Assembly (NCBI GenBank): GCA_965369655.1
Contig: CBDUQR010000003.1
Coordinates: forward strand, 1-64,000
Source: an uncultured bacterium
Lineage (GTDB): Bacteria; Zixibacteria; MSB-5A5; JAABVY01; JAHJOQ01
Length of the DNA: 64,000 nt
Direction of reading: 5' to 3'
Positions within the stretch are counted from its first letter, which is position 1; every line of letters begins with the position of its first letter. The notes beneath the pieces are model-generated. The model was not told the DNA's origin, did not search any database, and was given only the letters and a program-made list of their open reading frames with translations. A program made the position numbers and the translations under genes. Positions 61,866 through 64,000 of this stretch are shown here, piece after piece.

Positions 61866-63014
61866 TTAAGCTTCCTCGAGTACTTCGAAAATGTCCGGCG
61901 CCACGTATTTCTTGGGACGTACACTCTTTTGGGATTCTTGGAGAATGCCAACCTCAACAAGCTTGGAGACCGCTGTCTTGACAGTTGGATAACTAACATT
62001 CCAATGGTGGCTAAGCTCTGATATCGACACTACAGGATTAAGAAAAAGTTCTTCCATGGCTCGTATAGTATTTTTCGGCAACCTGCTTCCCTCGAGCTTT
62101 TCTAAATAGTCTAAACGTAACTTAATCAACTTGTCCGACAAGTCGGTGGCATGATCTGCTTGAGTAATGATTGCCCTGAGAAAAAACTCAATCCACTCTC
62201 GCCATCGGCCCTCCCTGCTGACCGAAAGGAGATGGCTGTAATACTCATTGCGATGCCTTTCAAAAAACGCACTCAAATAAAGCAATGGCTGTGAAAGGTA
62301 TCCCCGTGAGCATAGGAATAATGCAATCAACAGTCGTCCAATACGTCCATTCCCATCAATAAAAGGATGAATCGCTTCGAATTGATAATGCATGAGAGCG
62401 CATTTGATCAACGGGGATTCATCTGATACGTCGTTCATGTACTTCTCCCAGTCTGAGATAGCATCTTTCATCTCAGCAACTGGTGGAGGAACATACGTGG
62501 CATCTTTCAGCAAACAGCCGGGTGATCCAATCCAGTTCTGTGTGGTTCGGAATTCGCCGGGATATACTTCACAGCCCCGCACGCCTTGAGTCAGGATTTC
62601 GTGTATGTCCCGAATCAAGCGACCACATATTGGGAGCTCTTTGATTCCTTCCAACCCTGCTTCCATTGCCCGAATGTAGTTCCTGACCTCCTTCACATCA
62701 CTGTTTACTCCAGAGACTCGAGAAGTTGCCTCGTCGAAGTATACATCGCTCAGCGTAGCCTCAGTACCTTCAATGCGCGAACTGAGCACCGCTTCGATTC
62801 TTAAGAATGGTCCTATGAGAAGATATGGGTTGGGTAAATGCTTTCCCACACCTGAGAGCAATCCTAACTTACGATCCGCCTCAGAGAGAAGAGCGACAAG
62901 ATCGCTGTCATAGTCAAGCTTGGGAGGCAGGGGATTAGGAATGAATGCCCAATATTTAGCAGGTGTTTTTACAACTCTACCTGCTCCGCTTGCTTTGAAA
63001 TCCTCAGGGTTCAT
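61866..63014 (-). CDS. Fic-family AMPylase with N-terminal inhibitory helix and C-terminal winged HTH
   Basis: HPFIDGNGRIGR catalytic motif, SSRIEG inhibitory motif, C-terminal SISEL...NVSYPTV..AV.KLVEVGIL. Confidence 0.95.
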   Translation of the reverse strand: MNPEDFKASGAGRVVKTPAKYWAFIPNPLPPKLDYDSDLVALLSEADRKLGLLSGVGKHLPNPYLLIGPFLRIEAVLSSRIEGTEATLSDVYFDEATSRVSGVNSDVKEVRNYIRAMEAGLEGIKELPICGRLIRDIHEILTQGVRGCEVYPGEFRTTQNWIGSPGCLLKDATYVPPPVAEMKDAISDWEKYMNDVSDESPLIKCALMHYQFEAIHPFIDGNGRIGRLLIALFLCSRGYLSQPLLYLSAFFERHRNEYYSHLLSVSREGRWREWIEFFLRAIITQADHATDLSDKLIKLRLDYLEKLEGSRLPKNTIRAMEELFLNPVVSISELSHHWNVSYPTVKTAVSKLVEVGILQESQKSVRPKKYVAPDIFEVLEEA

Positions 63015-63098
63015 CGGTAATTCCCCTCATTCAGATCTGACTCTGTTTCAAGAGCACTCTCAGACCTGATTCTATTCAGCAAAATTTGAAATGCTGCC

Positions 63099-63352
63099 AC
63101 CTTTAATCCATATTAATTGGATTAAAGAAAAATACTATTACCTTTAATACAAACTAATTGGATTAAAGAAAAATGTCAAAACCTTTAATATGAATTGGTT
63201 GAATTAAAGAAAAACGCCGGAATCTTTAATTCAAATCAAACCAATTAAAGAAAAAAATGTAACCTTTTATTCAAGAAAATTAAATTAAAGAAAAGTGCTA
63301 AAACCTTTAATTCAAATCAACTGAATTAAAGGGAACTGCAATAACCTTTAAT
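63099..63352. repeat. Tandem array of six ~41-bp palindromic units plus one extra half-site
   Basis: Units start at 63099, 63140, 63181, 63222, 63262, 63303 and (partial) 63344. Each reads aCCTTTAAT-N13-ATTAAAGaaaa. Confidence 0.95.
63151..63179 (-). promoter_or_regulatory. Sigma70-like promoter for fic inside array unit 2
   Basis: Minus-strand TTGACA-N17-TAGTTT. Confidence 0.6.
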
Positions 63353-63518
63353 TGAGAAATAACCTGTTGTATTACTCAATAGACTGCCTAATATCATATA
63401 TAACAGACAATTACGACATCATCACTTGCATGCAGATTGCCAGGAATCACCCGCCAGCAACTGCAAATCCATAACCAACTGCACCACAATATGATATGGC
63501 CAGATTGTTCGCCGCTCT

Positions 63519-64000
63519 TTACTTTCCCGCTAACTCCACAAACGGCTCGACATCCGCCAGCATGCGGTCGACTGCTGCTGTCCAGAAATCATCTTTGGTC
63601 AGGTCGACTCCGAGATGTTTCTGTGCAAGGTCTTCGGTCGTCATCGAACCGGTATCATGCAACAGCGCGTGGTACTTCTCGAAGAACCCTTTGCCTTCAG
63701 TCTTTGCCCGATCATAGACTCCGCCCGCAAACAGAAATCCGAACGTATACGGGAAGTTGTAGAACGGCAGTCCGGTCAGGAAGAAATGCAGCTTCGATGC
63801 CCAGAAGAGTGGATGATATCCACTTTCGTCGAGCGTATTTCCAAACGCTTTCTTCTGCGCATCGACCATGATCTCATCGAGCCGTTTTCGAGACACAATG
63901 CCATTCTTCCGCTCTGAATAGAAAGCCTTATCGAAGATAAACCTCGCCTGCAGATTGCAGAACATCACATGAGTCCGCTGCAGCTTCTGATCGAGCAGCA
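63519..64000 (-). CDS. M3 family oligoendopeptidase (PepF-like), 3' part only
   Basis: WASKLHFF...FYNFPYTFG.LF, LL.DTG, LG.DLT..DFW. Runs off the window end. Confidence 0.88.
   Translation of the reverse strand, partial: LLDQKLQRTHVMFCNLQARFIFDKAFYSERKNGIVSRKRLDEIMVDAQKKAFGNTLDESGYHPLFWASKLHFFLTGLPFYNFPYTFGFLFAGGVYDRAKTEGKGFFEKYHALLHDTGSMTTEDLAQKHLGVDLTKDDFWTAAVDRMLADVEPFVELAGK

Noticed and set aside
63099-63352. CRISPR array interpretation of the 41-bp repeats
   Set aside because: Conserved blocks are only 7-11 nt, variable parts are 13-14 nt, and no cas genes are present.

Overview
Bacterial chromosomal window with no rRNA, tRNA or CRISPR array. An FCB-group host (e.g. Zixibacteria-like) is inferred from a C-terminal 'YPNPFNP..LLLK' sorting domain and a GGGP synthase. 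Left to right: (1) a minus-strand operon with an interrupted membrane Ser/Thr pseudokinase, a TolB-like beta-propeller, a 1652-aa Ig-repeat surface protein and a secreted hypothetical; (2) a divergent ~23.5-kb type VI secretion cluster (ompA-tssJKLM-tagF-tssABC-hcp-tssEFG-vgrG, DUF2169, thiolase-like adaptor, PAAR-like, AHH nuclease, immunity, HEAT protein) with no clpV/tssH; (3) a 3D-domain protein; (4) a Na+-pumping decarboxylase oadGAB; (5) a type IV pilus/MSHA-like operon with an MshEN ATPase, sigma28-like promoter candidates, a frameshifted major pilin and REP/MITE-like repeats bracketing a minor pilin; (6) housekeeping genes (S9 peptidase, O-antigen ligase, gmhA, REP-flanked GGGP synthase, alaS, recX, recA, thpR, cinA, pgpA, pgsA); (7) an AT-rich fic-wHTH gene preceded by six tandem ~41-bp palindromic units (CTTTAAT-N13-ATTAAAG) that contain its probable promoter, which is the most unexplained structure here; (8) the 3' end of an M3 oligoendopeptidase.
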